The notes under the pieces: generated by a model
Database searches by the model: none
What the model saw: only the letters and a program-made list of their open reading frames with translations
Told to the model about the DNA's origin: nothing
Translations under genes and position numbers: made by a program
Shown: positions 32,127-45,881 of the stretch, one piece after another
Layout of the letters: every line of letters begins with the position of its first letter
How positions within the stretch are numbered: position 1 is the stretch's first letter
From: Lama guanicoe
Lineage: Eukaryota
DNA length: 64,000 nucleotides
Assembly: GCA_013239625.1 (NCBI GenBank)
Contig: MU056270.1
Location: 186,001-250,000, forward strand
Reading direction: 5' to 3'

Positions 32127-33949
32127 AAAGAGTGACTTTTACTGGATGTACATTTTTTTCTATTAAACTACATCAAAAGTACACATTTCTGGCGGCTTCT
32201 AATCTCAGGAAATTCATTTTCCCTTTGGAAGAATGTCATAGAATTCTGTTCTTCTAATAGATAACATTCCTAGAAATGCCGACCTAAATTTCAAAAAGAA
32301 AAACAAAAGAGAGCCGCTGACATCGCCAACAGCTTCTGCCGAGCCCCCACGCTGTAGGGTCAGGAGGGAAGGGGGCCGAGTCGGGGCACCTGGAAGCCAC
32401 AGGGGGCGAAGTGCGAAGGCACTTGCGGCGTCGGGCAGTTTGTTCGCTTTTCCGTAAACGTGAAGCTGAGGCCAGAGGCCACTTTGGCCGGGCCCAGCGC
32501 TGGGCCCGGACGTCCGCGCGCTGGGGTGGTGACCACCGGTGCGTGGTGCGGGCGGCGTCAGGCGAGGAAGGAGGCGGGGGGTGGGCGGAGGGCAGGCGCC
32601 CCGAAGTGTGCCCCTGGTGCTGTTTCTGCGTCTGCCACCAAATTCTCACGGCCCTGGCTCTTCCCATGGAGTTTCTCTCTTGCTGGACAAAGTTTCAAAA
32701 TTCTAGGGCCCTGGAAACCTTCCACAGCCCCCGCCAGGCACCCTCAGCACAGAGAAGCCAAAATCCTGCACTCACTCCATTCCTTGGCTGCCCACCTGCC
32801 GGGCCCCCGAGACTAGGTGGGAGCCGTGGTTAGAAGGTGCCGGGGGCCCCGGGCAGTCAACGCCCTCTCCTCTCTCTGGGCCCCGGGGTGGCCGGGGCTG
32901 TGGGCTGTGTCCTGTTTGTTCTGCATCCCCAGAGACCTGCCAGCAGTTCAGGGTGGACTGAAGGTTCGTGAAGATGTGTGGAAAGAGGAGCTCGGGGCAG
33001 GGGAGCTGGGCTTGGAAGCTGCCTGGCTCTGCCTCTCCCAGGAAGGGGGAAATGGCAGAGCCCTGGAGATTGCACCCCGTGGGCAGAGGTAGCTCACCTC
33101 AGACGGGCTGTTTGCACAGCACCTCAGACCACACACACTCAGAATGAATCTTTCATAAGTGGAATGAGAAATGCTTTAATTGCAGAACCGGCCAAGGGGC
33201 TTCTAAATGGAGGATGTTCAGTCCATGCTGGCCCTTCGGTGCTGTGCGGTCGGTCCTCTACGCTGGGGGCTTGCCCGTGAGACCCCCAGTGCGCGGGGCC
33301 GCGGAGGCATGCCAAGACGCGTGGTCCCGGGGCAGTGACTCCCCTCCCACTCCGCAGGGTTGACGGTCAGTGTGCACGGGGAGGGGGGGGGACACCCGGT
33401 CAAGCATCAAGCACAGCTCTCCAGCCGCTGGAAGCGCTCTGCGTTTCCCCCAGAGCCTTGGCCTTAGTCGCCGGCACGAGCCGATGCACAAGGGCGTTTG
33501 CCCGCAAGTGGCCTCATTTGTTTTTGATTAAGATTAACTTTGTGTCATGAAGAGAAACGAAAGCAGCCTTCCTTCATGAGGCACCACGGCCGAAGTGCCG
33601 GCTTGGGAGGTGGCGGGGGCAGGGTGCTGGCCCCCGAGGCCCCCGCCGGGAGGCTCCCGGCCTCAGGGACGCTGCCTGATGACCGCTCGTGAGAGCCTCC
33701 AAGTCGCTCCGGGTCACTGCTGTGTGTGGCTTTGAACTCAAGACTGTGTGTTGACTGGACCCTGAGTACTACTTGGCTCTTTCCCCAAATCAGTCTCGTC
33801 GGCAGCCATTGAGAAAACTCAGGAGAGTGTGTTACGTCCTGCCCGGGGAAGGCAGCCAGGCGGCGGGCGCTGGCTCTGACTGGGCTTCACGCACAGCGCG
33901 TGAGACGTGCCCACCAACCACTTTCTGGGGCGCAGCTCAGGCCTTCAGT

Positions 33950-34450
33950 TCGTTCACACGGCAGTTCAACCATCACCAAGGTCTCATCTCTGAAACCGAG
34001 ACTGTCCCCATTAAACACGGGCCCCCCGGCCCCTGGAGCCACAGCCCAGCTGGTGGAGCCAATGATTCCGGGCCTGACGTGAGTGGACTCCCGTGGTCTG
34101 TCCCGCGGCCTGTCCTCTGCAAGGGCCCATCTCCTGAACGTCTCGTCCTCGCAGTCACCCGCGCTGGCGCAGGCGTCAGCACTGCCTTCCTCTCCAAGCC
34201 TGAGTGGTGGGCCGCACTGCTCATCCACCGAGCCTTCGAGGTGGACGCTGGCTGGGTGGCTTCCACCTCTTCGCCACTGTGCACGGATGTGCTACGACCG
34301 TGGGGTTACAGGTATCTCTCTGAGACCCTGCTTTCATGTCTTTTGGGTTTGTACCCAGATGTGGAATTGCTGGGCCACGTGGTAGTTCTGCGTTTAACTT
34401 TTTGAGGCGCCTGCCTGCTGTTTTCCACACGGCTGCACCGTTTCACACTC
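33950..34450 (-). mobile_element. L1M 3' fragment, GC-shifted
   Basis: GTGGAATTGCTGGGCCACGTGGTAGTTCTGCGTTTAACTTTTTGAGGCGCCTGCCTGCTGTTTTCCACAC. Confidence 0.75.
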
Positions 34451-34659
34451 CCGCCCTCCCACCGTCTCAGTCATCCTGGGCCTCCAGCCAGCTCCCGGGG
34501 CTTTGGTTCTGGGGGCTGAAGCCCGCAACTGTGTGTCGGCAGACGTGGCGTCCGGGAGCCCCTTCCCAGCTCGTGGGCAGTCGTCCTGCTGTCTCCCACA
34601 GGGTGGACAGATGGGGCGAGGCGTCACCCACCCCATGAGGTGAAGCCCCCTCGCACCGT

Positions 34660-34712
34660 TACCTTGGGGTTAGGGTTTCAGCACACGAGTTTGGGGCATT
34701 CGGACCACAGCA
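34660..34712 (-). mobile_element. MLT1 LTR 5'-end remnant
   Basis: TTGGGGTTAGGGTTTCAGCACACGAGTTTGGGGCATTCGGACCACAGCA. Confidence 0.5.
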
Positions 34713-37700
34713 CCCCAGGACTGAATTTTCTTCATGTCGGAGACAGGCAGCTTTAACTGAGTGGAGTTCGTGGGTAATGAGAGGAGTGTGAGCGGCGAGG
34801 GAGGACAGGCCACACGCCCTCCAGCCTGTTCGGGGGCGGGCGCCTTCAAGGGTGTGTCCTTGGTCGAGTTTCGAGGCGGGCACTTCGGCAGGCGGCAGCG
34901 AGGAACACAGACACCCTGGGCAGAGCCCGCCCTGCGTCCCAGGGGCCGGGCAGGGCCGTGGCCGAGTCCTCTGCCCGCGGCATCAGGACAGCCGGGGAGA
35001 CCAGGTGCCGCCTGAACCCGGTGGGAGGTGGGGAGCCCGCACACCTGGGGCGGACCAGGTTTTTAGGTTCTGGGGGAGCTTTCTGCAAGGAGGCAGATCT
35101 AGGAACGTCCAATAAAGGGACACGCCGACATGGATTCAGACTGTTTTGAGGGCGATAACCAAAGCGACATACAAGTAGCTGTTGTTGGCAGCAGTTAACT
35201 TGTCGCCTGCTCGACACAGCTCCAGGAGGGAGGAGCTGGAATCCACACAGACACAGGACTCGGGGCTCGGGGCGCGGCAGACGTTCTCTGAGACGTTCTA
35301 GATGGTAGACGTCTTTGGCCCTGCGGCCTAAAGGGGAAACCGAGAATAGTCCGTCCATCTGTGTTGCAAACTCCCCGGCTCCACCGGGTGGGGAGGGCGT
35401 CGGAGGGCAGACAGCAAGAATCCCGTGATCATGGCCCCACTAAACTCCACTCATGGGAACTGCAGTTTCATGTCTGATCAGATTGGGCCCCCAGAACGGG
35501 GCTGCTGTGCCCACCGGGGGCCTGTCGCCTTCCTTTTTGTCTCAGACATGTCTCCACCTCAGCAGGGTCTGCAGACCACAGCCTGCGGGTCCCACTCAGC
35601 TCGCTGGCTTTGAACTTTTCACTAACTGTAAAAAAAATGCAAAAACTCTTCTTAGTTCCGTAGCGTTTGACCTCATTTCGTTATTGAGAGCAGCTCCAGG
35701 AATTGCTCTGATACCTTAAATGACCTTGTCTGCTCAAAGGGTAAATAAAGCAGCTTTTAAACCACCCATCGCATTCCAAGCCCCGCCGTGCACTCGTGGC
35801 AGCTCCAGCAGCTCCTGACTGGCGGCCAGTCTTGCTCGTCTGTGACCCTCCCGCTACCCCCACCCTAGGATTATTTTGGAAAAAGTCCCAGGCAAGACAC
35901 CAAGAAATAAATTAGTTTTAAAGCACATATGCTTGGAAAACTTTTCATTTAACGCAAACATCTTGCGCAAATCAATTAAGAACTGTATCAAACATCTATG
36001 AGCCTGTGTTGTTTACAGTCACCTGGGTTCACCAAGAAAACCCTCAGTATTTCCTGATATAAATGCACCAAATACATCCCACTGTTCGAGCTGCACTGAA
36101 AATTAGATTCCTGTGCACGTTCATTAAAAGAAAAAGGCCCCAAAGAACATCACACAACCTTAGAAAACACAGGATCTTTAATTTCCCAGGTGAGCCCTGC
36201 GGCCCCGTGGTCAGGGTGGTCACAGAGCCGCCATGGAAACGGGTTCGCAGCGGCTCCTCCAGACGGGCCGGCGCACGGGGGCACGTGCGCTGCTAGCTAG
36301 CTCTGCAGCCTGCGACCTGGACGTGGCAGCAAGGCGTGCTGGCCCTTGTCCAGCACTTTTCAGCCCAGAACACGCTGCCGTCACTCACTTGTGCCCCAGA
36401 ACCTGGTGCGGTCCCCTGAGAGTGCAGATCCCGGCTCCTCTCCAGTGTCCAGCTGGTGCGGCCTCCTCCCCCCACAGAGACCGGACACAGGCCTCCTGTG
36501 GGGCTGCTCGTCCGTCCTCCACACCAGGCTGTCAGGGAGGATGCCCTGGACCAGTGGGACGAGACTGGGCAGGCGGTTGTGGGCCCATGTCCCCAGCTGG
36601 GGCTTCAGGCCCATTGCGGTCTGTGGTTCAGAGGCCTCGGCATCACCCCGTGGTCCGTCCCCCCGCCCCCCATCCGCTCCCCACTTACTCTGCAGGTGAG
36701 CACAGTCATGCCCCTTGCTCAGATGGAGGAGATGTGAGGGGAGGTGACACGTGTCCCCTCCAGGTGGACAGTCTCAGAGGGCCTGCAGTGTGCTGTGTGG
36801 CTTGCGGGTGGATCGGGCCTCCTCCTCCAGAGGCCGTGATGGCCCTGGGACCCGGGTTCCACCCTGCGGCCCCCGCGGCCGCCCGACCCCTCCCCAGCTC
36901 CTGGCCTCACGGGCTGCAGACCGTGCCGGCCTTGGCAGCACGCACCATTTTCCATCTCAGCGTGGAGGCTGAGACCGGGAGGGTGGTTTTAGGGGGAGCG
37001 CAGGTGGCTTCCCCGCAATGCCCACCGAGCCAGACGCGCCACTGTCGGGAGTCTCCTGGCTGCCCTGGGCTCAGGGGGGTCCTCGGCAGACAGGAGGGGC
37101 TGGTTCCCGTGTGTCCGCGTACGCATCACTGCCCTTCCCACGGGTGGTGGACGGTCCGAGGGAAGGGGGCATTTCCAGTCCCTGCCCAGGCTCACTCCTT
37201 GCCTCCTCCACCACGTGACCACAAAGGCCACGAAGACCCAGGCTTGGCCCGTGTGCCCAGGAGCCCAAGGACGCACATGGTGGCAAGCGTTCTACCAGCC
37301 ACAGGGGCAGTGAGGACAAAGGGGCAACACAGGCTCGCTGTCCCCCCACCTCCCGTCAGGCGGCCAAGTGCCCTTCCCTGGCACCTACATTCAAGTAATT
37401 GGGGAAGCTTTGGGCAGGGTTAGCCACGTTCTAGAACTCTCTCCGGGGTGAAAGGTTGGGAGCGCTGCCTGGGGGAGGACGATTTGTCAAAGCCCCCGGT
37501 CTATCTTTGCACCCAGGGTGGTCTTCATTCTCTGTCTGCACTGCGTCCACCTCTGGACATGCCACCTGGCCTCTCAGGCCCTTCTGCCCCTCCAGACTCC
37601 AGGAGACTGGCCTCTACAGAGGGGCTGGCCTTCGTCACACCCTGTCTGCGAATGTTGGGGTGAGGACAGCAGGTGACCCCGATCCCCCCGGGTGCCCCCC

Positions 37701-38429
37701 TGGGGCAGGTGCCCATCTCCAAAGGGCAACGTGACGGGGTCAGTGCGGAAGCCAGTAGAAACCGCTCCATGGAAACTCTGTTCCCTGCACCAGCAGCAGC
37801 TGGGAAGCAGACTGAGTGGGGGCCTGTGGGTGGACCCCACTGAACCTGCCCCAGGCAGGACCCCTCACAGCCAAGGTCCAGGCCGTCCCCAAAGGTGCAG
37901 GACCGTCTGCGGGACCATCTCCACTGTTGCCGTCCACACGTAGAGACGCTGCCCGTGAGCCAGCCCCTCCTGGAGCTGCTGCAGTGGGACCTGCCCACAG
38001 CCTCCCCACGACCTGTGGCTCCTGATCCCAGGTGCCCCTGCAGAGACCCCAAGTGGCCACACGTGGGGACACTGCCTACAGGGTGGGTGGGGGGTCCAGG
38101 GCCCCCACCTCCTCGCTCTGCGCCCCGCCCTGTGTCCCCTCTAGACATATGCCCACCGTTCTCAGCTCGGCGTCGGCATCTGGGGACATAGCAGACCCTC
38201 GCTCGGTCGCCGTGGGCAGGTCTGTTACTGGGCGAAGGGTGCAAAGCCGGAGCCCACCTGTGGGGGTCCCACCTGAGGCCCTCGGGCAGCTCGGCTCCCA
38301 CTCCGTTGCCCAGCCTGCGAAGTGCCCCTTCCACGCTGGTCTCTCCCAGCTCCACCTCTGCGGCCAGCTCTGTGCCCCGGCCTGCCGGGGTGGCCCTTCT
38401 CTGCTCCCTGGTCAGAGCGCCTCGGTCCA

Positions 38430-38725
38430 TCCCGGCCACCGTAACAAACACCGCAGACCGGCCGGCTTAGACACTGACGTTTGTCCCCACATTTCTGAAG
38501 GCCAGGCCAAGGTCAGGGTGCCGGTCAGGGTTCCGGCCAGGCTGGTGTCCGGTCTCTCATCCTGGTCTGGAGATGCTGTCCTCTCACTGTGCCCTCACAC
38601 GTCCCCTCCAAAGAGCTTCTCCTGAGGACGCTCGTCCCGTCGCAGGGGCCCCACCCCGACCTCATCACTCCCAGGGCCCCTCCTGACACCACACCACCCA
38701 GCACATGAACTCGGGGGACATGCTC
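38430..38725 (-). mobile_element. MLT1 (MaLR) solo LTR remnant
   Basis: CCGTAACAAACACCGCAGACCGGCCGGCTTAGACA...GGCCAAGGTCAGGGTGCC...CACATGAACTCGGGGGACA. Confidence 0.65.
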
Positions 38726-41700
38726 CCTCCCCAGCAGAGGCCGTGAAGATGGTGCCCGATTGCCCCACCCTTTCTCCTGCAGCCCTGTCTGCACGGACGC
38801 CTCCCAGCAGCCGTGACCAGACGCGGAGGGCAGGCCGGCTCTATGCCTCACGTCAGCAAAGACCGGTAGTGGCCTCCTGGGAGGTGGGGTGGTCTGTCTG
38901 GGCTGAATGCCTGCACCAGAGAACATGTCTGCATACAGGACAAGACACAGATGGTGTCACGGGGGTAAGGACACTTCACTAGAGAAACGACCTGCAGGTG
39001 AGGTGTCGGGGCTTCTTGGAGCAGAGGGGACCCCACCCAACATCCAGCGGGGCCCCCACCCCACCCTGTGCCAGAGACAACACGCCAGGTGTCCTTGAAC
39101 GTCTATCAAGGACGCTGTGACTGGTGACGTTGGACTGTCGTCTGGAGAGCCGACTGGAGGGCGTGCCGTTGACTCTCTGGGCGGACAACTGTGCCTGGCC
39201 CCGCAGAGGGTGCCTGGGTCTGTGACCGCAGGGGACACGCGAGAGCTTGTGGGGAAGGGGTACCACATCTGAAACAGCTCAGGGAAACACTGTGCAGAGA
39301 GAGCGAGAAACAGAGAGAGGGACCGGCAGGCAGACGGGGGCAGGGCAGAGAAGCAGGCACGTGCAGCCTCCACTCGGGAAGCCAAGTGGCGGAAACGTGG
39401 GAATTCTTTGTTCTTCTACGTAAGCAACTGCTTTTCAAGTCTATAACCTTTCAGACTTAAATATTGAAGAACAACACAAAAGGAATTGGTGGCGGGGCCG
39501 CCTGCTATCAAGAGGCCAGTGAGTCTGTGAGCAGCGGACTCGCAGTGTCGGGCGAAGCCGGCCGGGCAGCGCGCCGCTGTTGGGATGAAGCAGGTACAAA
39601 CTCACCCGTAAGTGCTGCTAACTTCATTTTTAGCACCTGTCTTGCATTTTACAAATCAGTGTGAGTAAAAGGACGTTTACGAGGGGCTGGGGGAGACACG
39701 CTCGGCTGCTGGTGGGGGAGGGGCCGCGGCAGTGGGGCCACAGGCAGCGGCAGGGGGGCTGGCCCTCACCCGAGCCCCACTGTCTTGCTCACCCAGGACC
39801 CCCCTCCTCTCACGGTTCTGATCGTCAGGGAGGGCTTCCCATTCTGCCACCAAAGCTCTTTTATCCTACACTTCAATCCCCGGGACTCAGTTGACCCCTC
39901 GGCTGGGACATGGCCCCCAGCTACCCAGCTGCACTGCTGCCTTCGCGACCAGGGCGGGTCTGCTCCTGCCCGGGCTCCTCCCTCCGTTCACCTCTGCCTT
40001 CTCTGCCTTTTCCTGGAAGGCCTGGCCCTCGCCTCCTGCTAAGGCGCGTGTGTCCCTGGGGGCCTGAGCTCTGCCCCCCACCACTGGGCCTACCCGCTGG
40101 GCCTCCTCTGGCTCCATCCATTCGCCGGCCACCCAAGGGCGCTTGCTTTGGACCGTGGCTCCCCGGCCTCCTGCCACTCGGCCCAGCCCGGGGCGGGCAG
40201 CCCGGGGGCCGCGCTGAGGCCCAGAGGTGGGCACGTGGGAATCCGCGTGACAGCGCTGCGCTGAATGAACGTGAATGAACCTGAAATCAAAGACGAAACC
40301 ACAACGCCCGTGAGAGGAAACGAGGGGCGGCTCCAGAGAGAGTGGGGCTGCGTCGCCCAGAGAGATGGAAAAGCCGGGCCTGCAGGAGGCTGTGCGAGGC
40401 CCTGGTTTTTCCTCTTCAGGTGGCAGCGGTGATTGTTTTGTTCTCTTTCTGATTTTTCAGAGTTTGGATGGTACGTGAGGGTTTCATACGAATCACTGTG
40501 AACAAACAGCCAGGTCCCTGGTTTCCGTGGTTTCAAGGCCGGCGCTGCGGGGACACACGGCGTGAGGCGCAGACGGCCTCACCCAGGAGCCCGGGCTGGG
40601 CCTTTCCAGAAGCCGTCACGGGAACCCATGGGAGGGACCGGAGGGAAGACGGCCACAGTGCGCCGGACACATCTCGCCCCTGACGAGGTCCGGCCGGCAG
40701 CGGGGCCGGAGACTCGGGCGGGACTCACAGGGGCGGACAGGCCCCGATGTGGGTCCAGGGACCCGGGGGCCTGGGCCGTGGTCCTCAGCAAGGCTACCCC
40801 TCAAGGCGGGACCCAGGTGCCGGGGGCGTGAGGACACCGGGGTCCCCGGGGCCTCTGGAGGGTCTCTGTGGGCTTGGAGCCGAGTCACAGCTTTCATGGA
40901 AATATCTGGAATTCATCCCTTAACTCCTGCCCCAGATGGTGATTCTCGCTTCCCTGACTCCCGGACCTGCACACTCAGGCTCTGGGCCTGGGCTTCCAAA
41001 CCCTTCCCCATCCGATTCCCAGGCCCGGCTGCCCGCCTGGCCAGAGCCACGGCCTTCTCGGGCCTCCGCCTGCCTGCCCTAGCCCTTGGCCGCCCTGGCC
41101 CCAGGAGCAGATGTCATTCGGGAGGAAGGAGAGCTGGCGCCTTGCGGGCAGGAAGGGGGCACGAGCGGAGGGAGCCCTGGCGGCAGCCTGTTCTGTCCTC
41201 GGCAGCGGAGGGGCTGGAGTGGGGCTGGTGGGGAGGGGCTGTTCTGGCTGCAGCACCTGGAAGGCTCCGGGGGGAGAGAGCTGGACAGCAGGACGTGAGG
41301 GTGCGCCAGTTCCAGTGACAACGGCAGGGAGGCTCGGGGCCCCGATGCCACTGCTGCCCCACGCCGGCCCTGCGGCTGTGCTGGCGAGGGCCGGGGGCGG
41401 GGGCCGGGGGACCGAGGCATCACGCCCGACATCCTGGGCGGTGGAGCTGGGGCATGTGTTCCCACCCCCTCCAACCTGCTCGGTGACCCACTGGATCTCC
41501 GGGACAGCACAGGACACACACACACACGACCACCCACAGCTGACGGCTCCCGGGAACGCGAGCCCTACAGTGGAAACAGTGATGGAGCCGTGTCTGGCTG
41601 CGTCAGGCAGCTGTGCGCGGCACCGGCCTGACTCAGGGGAAGGAAGTGCTGTTTCCACTGCAGCTCAAAACAAGTGGTTTCAGGACGGCCTGTGTCACTG

Positions 41701-43619
41701 GCATTTCCCTGCTGTGTTTACGAGAGGAGGGAATAGGGCGTCGAGGTTACTCTAACCTCATCTTTTACAAGAAACAAGAAGCCCCCAGTGGAACACAGGC
41801 GGGGGGCTGTGGCAGCCCCGGGAGGCGCTGGGGAAACCCACGGCGCCCGCCAGGGAGGGGGGCTCACCGCCCGGCTCTCTGGGCCGTTGCAGGGATGGAA
41901 ACCCAGGGCCCTGTCTCCTCCGCGGGGTGGGCAGCGTGGCCCGGGGTCGCTCTGCACACAGCCGGTGTGCCGGCGCGGGAATCGCTGGAGCACTGCTGTC
42001 CTGCGGACTCTCAGTGACGTCGGCAGTTTGGCTGGAAGCCAGCTCCGTGGTCCAGAGGTGACAGCTCCTTTTCTCTGCGGGGAGGGGCTGCAGGGAGAAG
42101 GGTGACTGTGCTGGTGACGGGTGATGGTTTCTGCACCACGGGGCGAGCAGGGCCGCGGTCCCAGGGCCACGGCTGGGGTGGGGCTGGCCTCCTCTCCCTG
42201 GAAGGCAGCCCTGGGGACCACGCTGCCTGTGAAGTCACATACCGAGTTCGCACCTGTATCTAAACCGGAGCGAAAGACAGACCAGAGGAAAGAGCCTGCG
42301 GACGACAGCAGGCCTGCCTGCCGGCCCCGCGTTGCGGCTGAGCCCGGGCCCCTCCCCGTGGGGGCTGTGATTGGGCAGCAAGCGATGGGACAAAAAAGAA
42401 AGCCCGTTTTCACAAGGAGGCTTACTGGAAAATCTCTAATAAACAGAGTCGGAAGGGCTGCACAGCGATCTTGAAACAGCCTGCCATCATTCCAATGTTG
42501 TTCTCAAAGCCGCGCCTCTCCTGGGCCACAGCCTTGAGGCCTTGCCCCGCGGGCCCGGCTCCAGTGCCCTCCGGCGGCCTCGCAGGCCCACCCTGGGCCG
42601 CAGGGTCACCTCTGTCGTGGGCAGAGCTGCTCCCAATGTGTCCGCTGCAGCTTGACCCCAGCACCTCAGAGCGCGGCTGTGTCTAGAGCCGGGCCTTGAG
42701 AGGTGATCAAGGTAAAACGGGGTCTCCAGGCTGGGCCCCGATCCAGGATGACATGGGGACGCGAACAAAGGTCCCCATGGAGAGGAGACGGCGGCCGCGT
42801 GCCCAGGAGGGTGGCCTTGGGAGAGGCAGCCCTGCTCGCACCCGGGTCTTGGATTCTGGCCTCCGGACTGAGTGGCCTTAAACCTCCTGTGTCTGAGCCG
42901 CCCCCTGGACTCAGTGCCCACGGCCCTTGCCGACCAACATGCCGCGTTTCTAGAGACTCGTGTTTAAAGAGGAACCTGGAAGCTGATGAGCAGCTCACTC
43001 TATAGTGAGGGAACTGGGCCCCTAAGTCTCAGTGACTGTGTCCAACCAGCGCTCAACGAGCGACCAAGGGGCTCCCGCCCCCCGGGGAAACAGGCAGGTG
43101 CGCTCAGGCGCAGCCTGCGCCCAGAGGAGGAGGAGGAGGAGGAGGAGAGAGCGGCCCCGCAGGAGAGCTCCAGATGGAGGAAGGGACTGGACGAGCTGGG
43201 GTGACATCAGAGGGGCAGCTCTGGTGATAGGCGTGAGGTGCAGCAGGGAGCCGGGAGGGCCCTGAGCCCACCAGCCCTGGAGAGGGGTCACTAGGGCTGC
43301 ACGGGAAGGCCGGGTGGCAAGAGGCCCCTGCAGAGTCCAAGGTCCAGCAGGGCAGATCCTGGACCTGATTTTAAGGCACATGAACAATATCCGCTCGTAG
43401 AACGCATGTGGGCACAAGAGAAAGACCAGCCAAGAGTGGCCCCAAGGGCTCGGGGGAGACAGGCGGACGACCTGGGGGAGCCGGGCCGGAGCCGCATTCC
43501 AGCAGGGTGCCCGCCAGTTCCAGGGGCGGCAGCCTCTGACGCAGCGCCTGCCCCCTTCAGTCCCAGGCGCCGGGAGCCAGGACTTGCCACGTGGCTCCCT
43601 TCTCTCCTTCGGGCTCCTG

Positions 43620-44420
43620 TCACAAGTCTCACTTCTACATCTGTAAACCCAACAACGGTGCAGACAGCCTTTCAAAAAAGTTAGAAGTAAGAAAAACGTC
43701 TGCGATAGTCCCATTTCTACAATTCCCAGTGCTCCTCTGTGCACGTGCAGGTAACAGTTTCCACCTGGTATCATGTTTTGATTGAAAAGCTTCCTTCGGC
43801 TTTTTTTTTGCAGTGCAGGTCTGCTGTGAGGCCTCTCAGCCTCGGCTGGAAATTAATGGTCTCAGCTTCAGTTTATCTGAAAACATCTGCACTCGACACC
43901 CTCGCTTTCGAGAGATCCTTTGACTTGGCACAGAATTCTGGACAGGTGACTTCCTTCAGGACTGAGGACAGTTACCCGTCTTTGTCACGCGTAGCTGGGA
44001 GGAGACGCCGTCTGCGATTCTGCACACAGTATTGCTTTCCCTCTGGCTGCCTGTGTTTGGAAGGGACTGGCTTGAGTGCACAGGTGTGCGCGCGTGAATT
44101 ACGTTCTTATTTTTCCTGTTTGGAGTTCTCAGAGCTTATTGGATCTGTGGTTTGTTGTTTTCATTAATTTTGGAAAAGTTCCAGGTATCATCTCTTCAGT
44201 ATTTCTGTCCTATTCTGTCTCCAAAAAAGGACGTTAGACCACCTGACACTGTTCCCAGTTTCCGGACGCCCTGTTCAGGTTTCCCCACCGCCTTGTTTCT
44301 CTTTGGATCATCTCTGCCGACCTTTCCCTCAGTTACGTCCATTCCTGATGCTGTGTTTTCGTTTCTAACGTTTGCACGTGGACCTCTGTTTCCACCCCAC
44401 GCTCGTGTCCTCCGCTGGCT
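43620..44420 (-). mobile_element. Ancient L1M internal fragment
   Basis: T-rich + strand with CAGTTTATCTGAAAAC, CAGAATTCTGG, TTTTGGAAAAGTTCCAGGTATCATCTCTTCAGTATTT, typical of antisense old L1. Confidence 0.55.
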
Positions 44421-45139
44421 TCTCGAGTGATCTGCATGGCGTTCCCCCCGCCTGGGGCGTCTCTGGGGATGGTCTGCTGATCGTTTGATTTCCTGAGGAA
44501 GGTTCCCCCTCAGGTCCCGTGTGTGTCTCGGACCCTGGCTGAAGGACAACATCACGTGTAGAAGCAGGCTGACCTCCTCCATCACCGCTGCCGTGGGGCG
44601 TGGGGTCAGCCAGGAGCCGGGCTGCGTTTGGGTTTCATTCCGCTTCCAAACAAGCATTTGCCTTTGCTGCCCGTGAGGGTCAAAGTCCTCGAGTGGTGGC
44701 ACCTGCGACTTGGCGCTGAGTGGGACCCCCCGGCTGGGAGCCCCGTCTTCAGTGGTCCCTGCCTGCCCGTGCCGCAGGGGGTCTGGCTTCTGCTCCACCC
44801 ACCCTGAGGGGAGAGCGGCTCCTTGACGCCTCCTGGGCCTTCCTGGGGTCCCTCCCTCTCACTGCTCGGTCTCCAGCAACATTCCAGCACCTGCCTTCAT
44901 TGAAGATCTAGTCGCCTCTTAAACCTACAGACCCTGAGAGCTGAACGGACCGCCTGGCCCAAGAGCTCCTCCGGCCCGTTCCCCGCGTTCACACGGCCCT
45001 GGGCCACAGGCCCACCTCCGCCCAGCTCTGTGCCGGGAGGGCTGGTCCGCCTGTAATTTCTACCCATGAAACCCACATGTTTAGGCTAAAAATAAGTTCA
45101 ATACATCTTCTACGTGACAGCTCTTCAAACACTTGAAGA

Positions 45140-45500
45140 CAAATATTATTCATCCACATATTAATTAAAACACTTCGTGCCAAAGTACCAGACACTGTGA
45201 GACATTCAGAGATGGAAACATAGAACCTTGCGCTCCAGGGTCTCAGAGTCTAGAGTGAAGGCGACACCAGGGCGAGACGGTAGCAGCCGGGATGGAAACG
45301 TCCACAGCGCGTCTGGGAACACAGGGAAGGGAGTCTGGCCGGAGGGACAAAGTGCTCGGAAGGGATGCCCGGAAGAGCTGAGATGGGGAAGCGGGAGCTC
45401 GTCGGGGACGCAGGGGGAGGCGGGCCTCTGGGCGGTAAACGCGAGGCATGGAGGCACGTCTGGGAGCAGTGAGAAAGTGCGTGTGTGCAGGAGGGTGGTG
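45140..45500 (-). mobile_element. L2 fragment (may extend further right)
   Basis: ATTCATCCACATATTAATTAAAACAC...GTACCAGACACTGTG...CCTTGCGCTCCAGGGTCTCAGAGTCTAG. Confidence 0.5.
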
Positions 45501-45881
45501 AGCGCGAGCCTGGGACCAGGCCACGTCGTGGAGGTGTTTCTGGAGCCCCGCTGCTGCCAGTGGGGGGGGGGGCGGGAACCATGCCCACCAACCACACTGC
45601 TCTCCATGTTCAGTGAGCGCCTGAGGGGGACAGTCTTACACGTGTGTCTGAACAGGGCTTTCCCCTCAGGACCGCATGGTGAACACACTCACCAGACAAC
45701 ACTTGTGGGGCCGGGAAGTGGGTGGGTGCATCTTGGCCATCACAGCCGTGGAGGTGGCGTTTAGCGGGGTGGGCTGGGGCCTGGGACGCAGAGAAAAGGG
45801 CCATGTGACAAAGACTAAAGCCCCCAGAGCAAGAGAGGCTGCGAGGTAGACCTGCCACTGGAGGGGGGACGAAGGTCATTT

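Noticed and set aside
36233-37423. 396-aa + strand ORF
   Set aside because: Pro/Ala/Gly/Arg-rich with no recognisable domain; long open frames are expected in stop-poor GC-rich DNA.
37525-38451. 308-aa - strand ORF
   Set aside because: No family resemblance; begins inside an MLT1 remnant; GC-rich shadow ORF.
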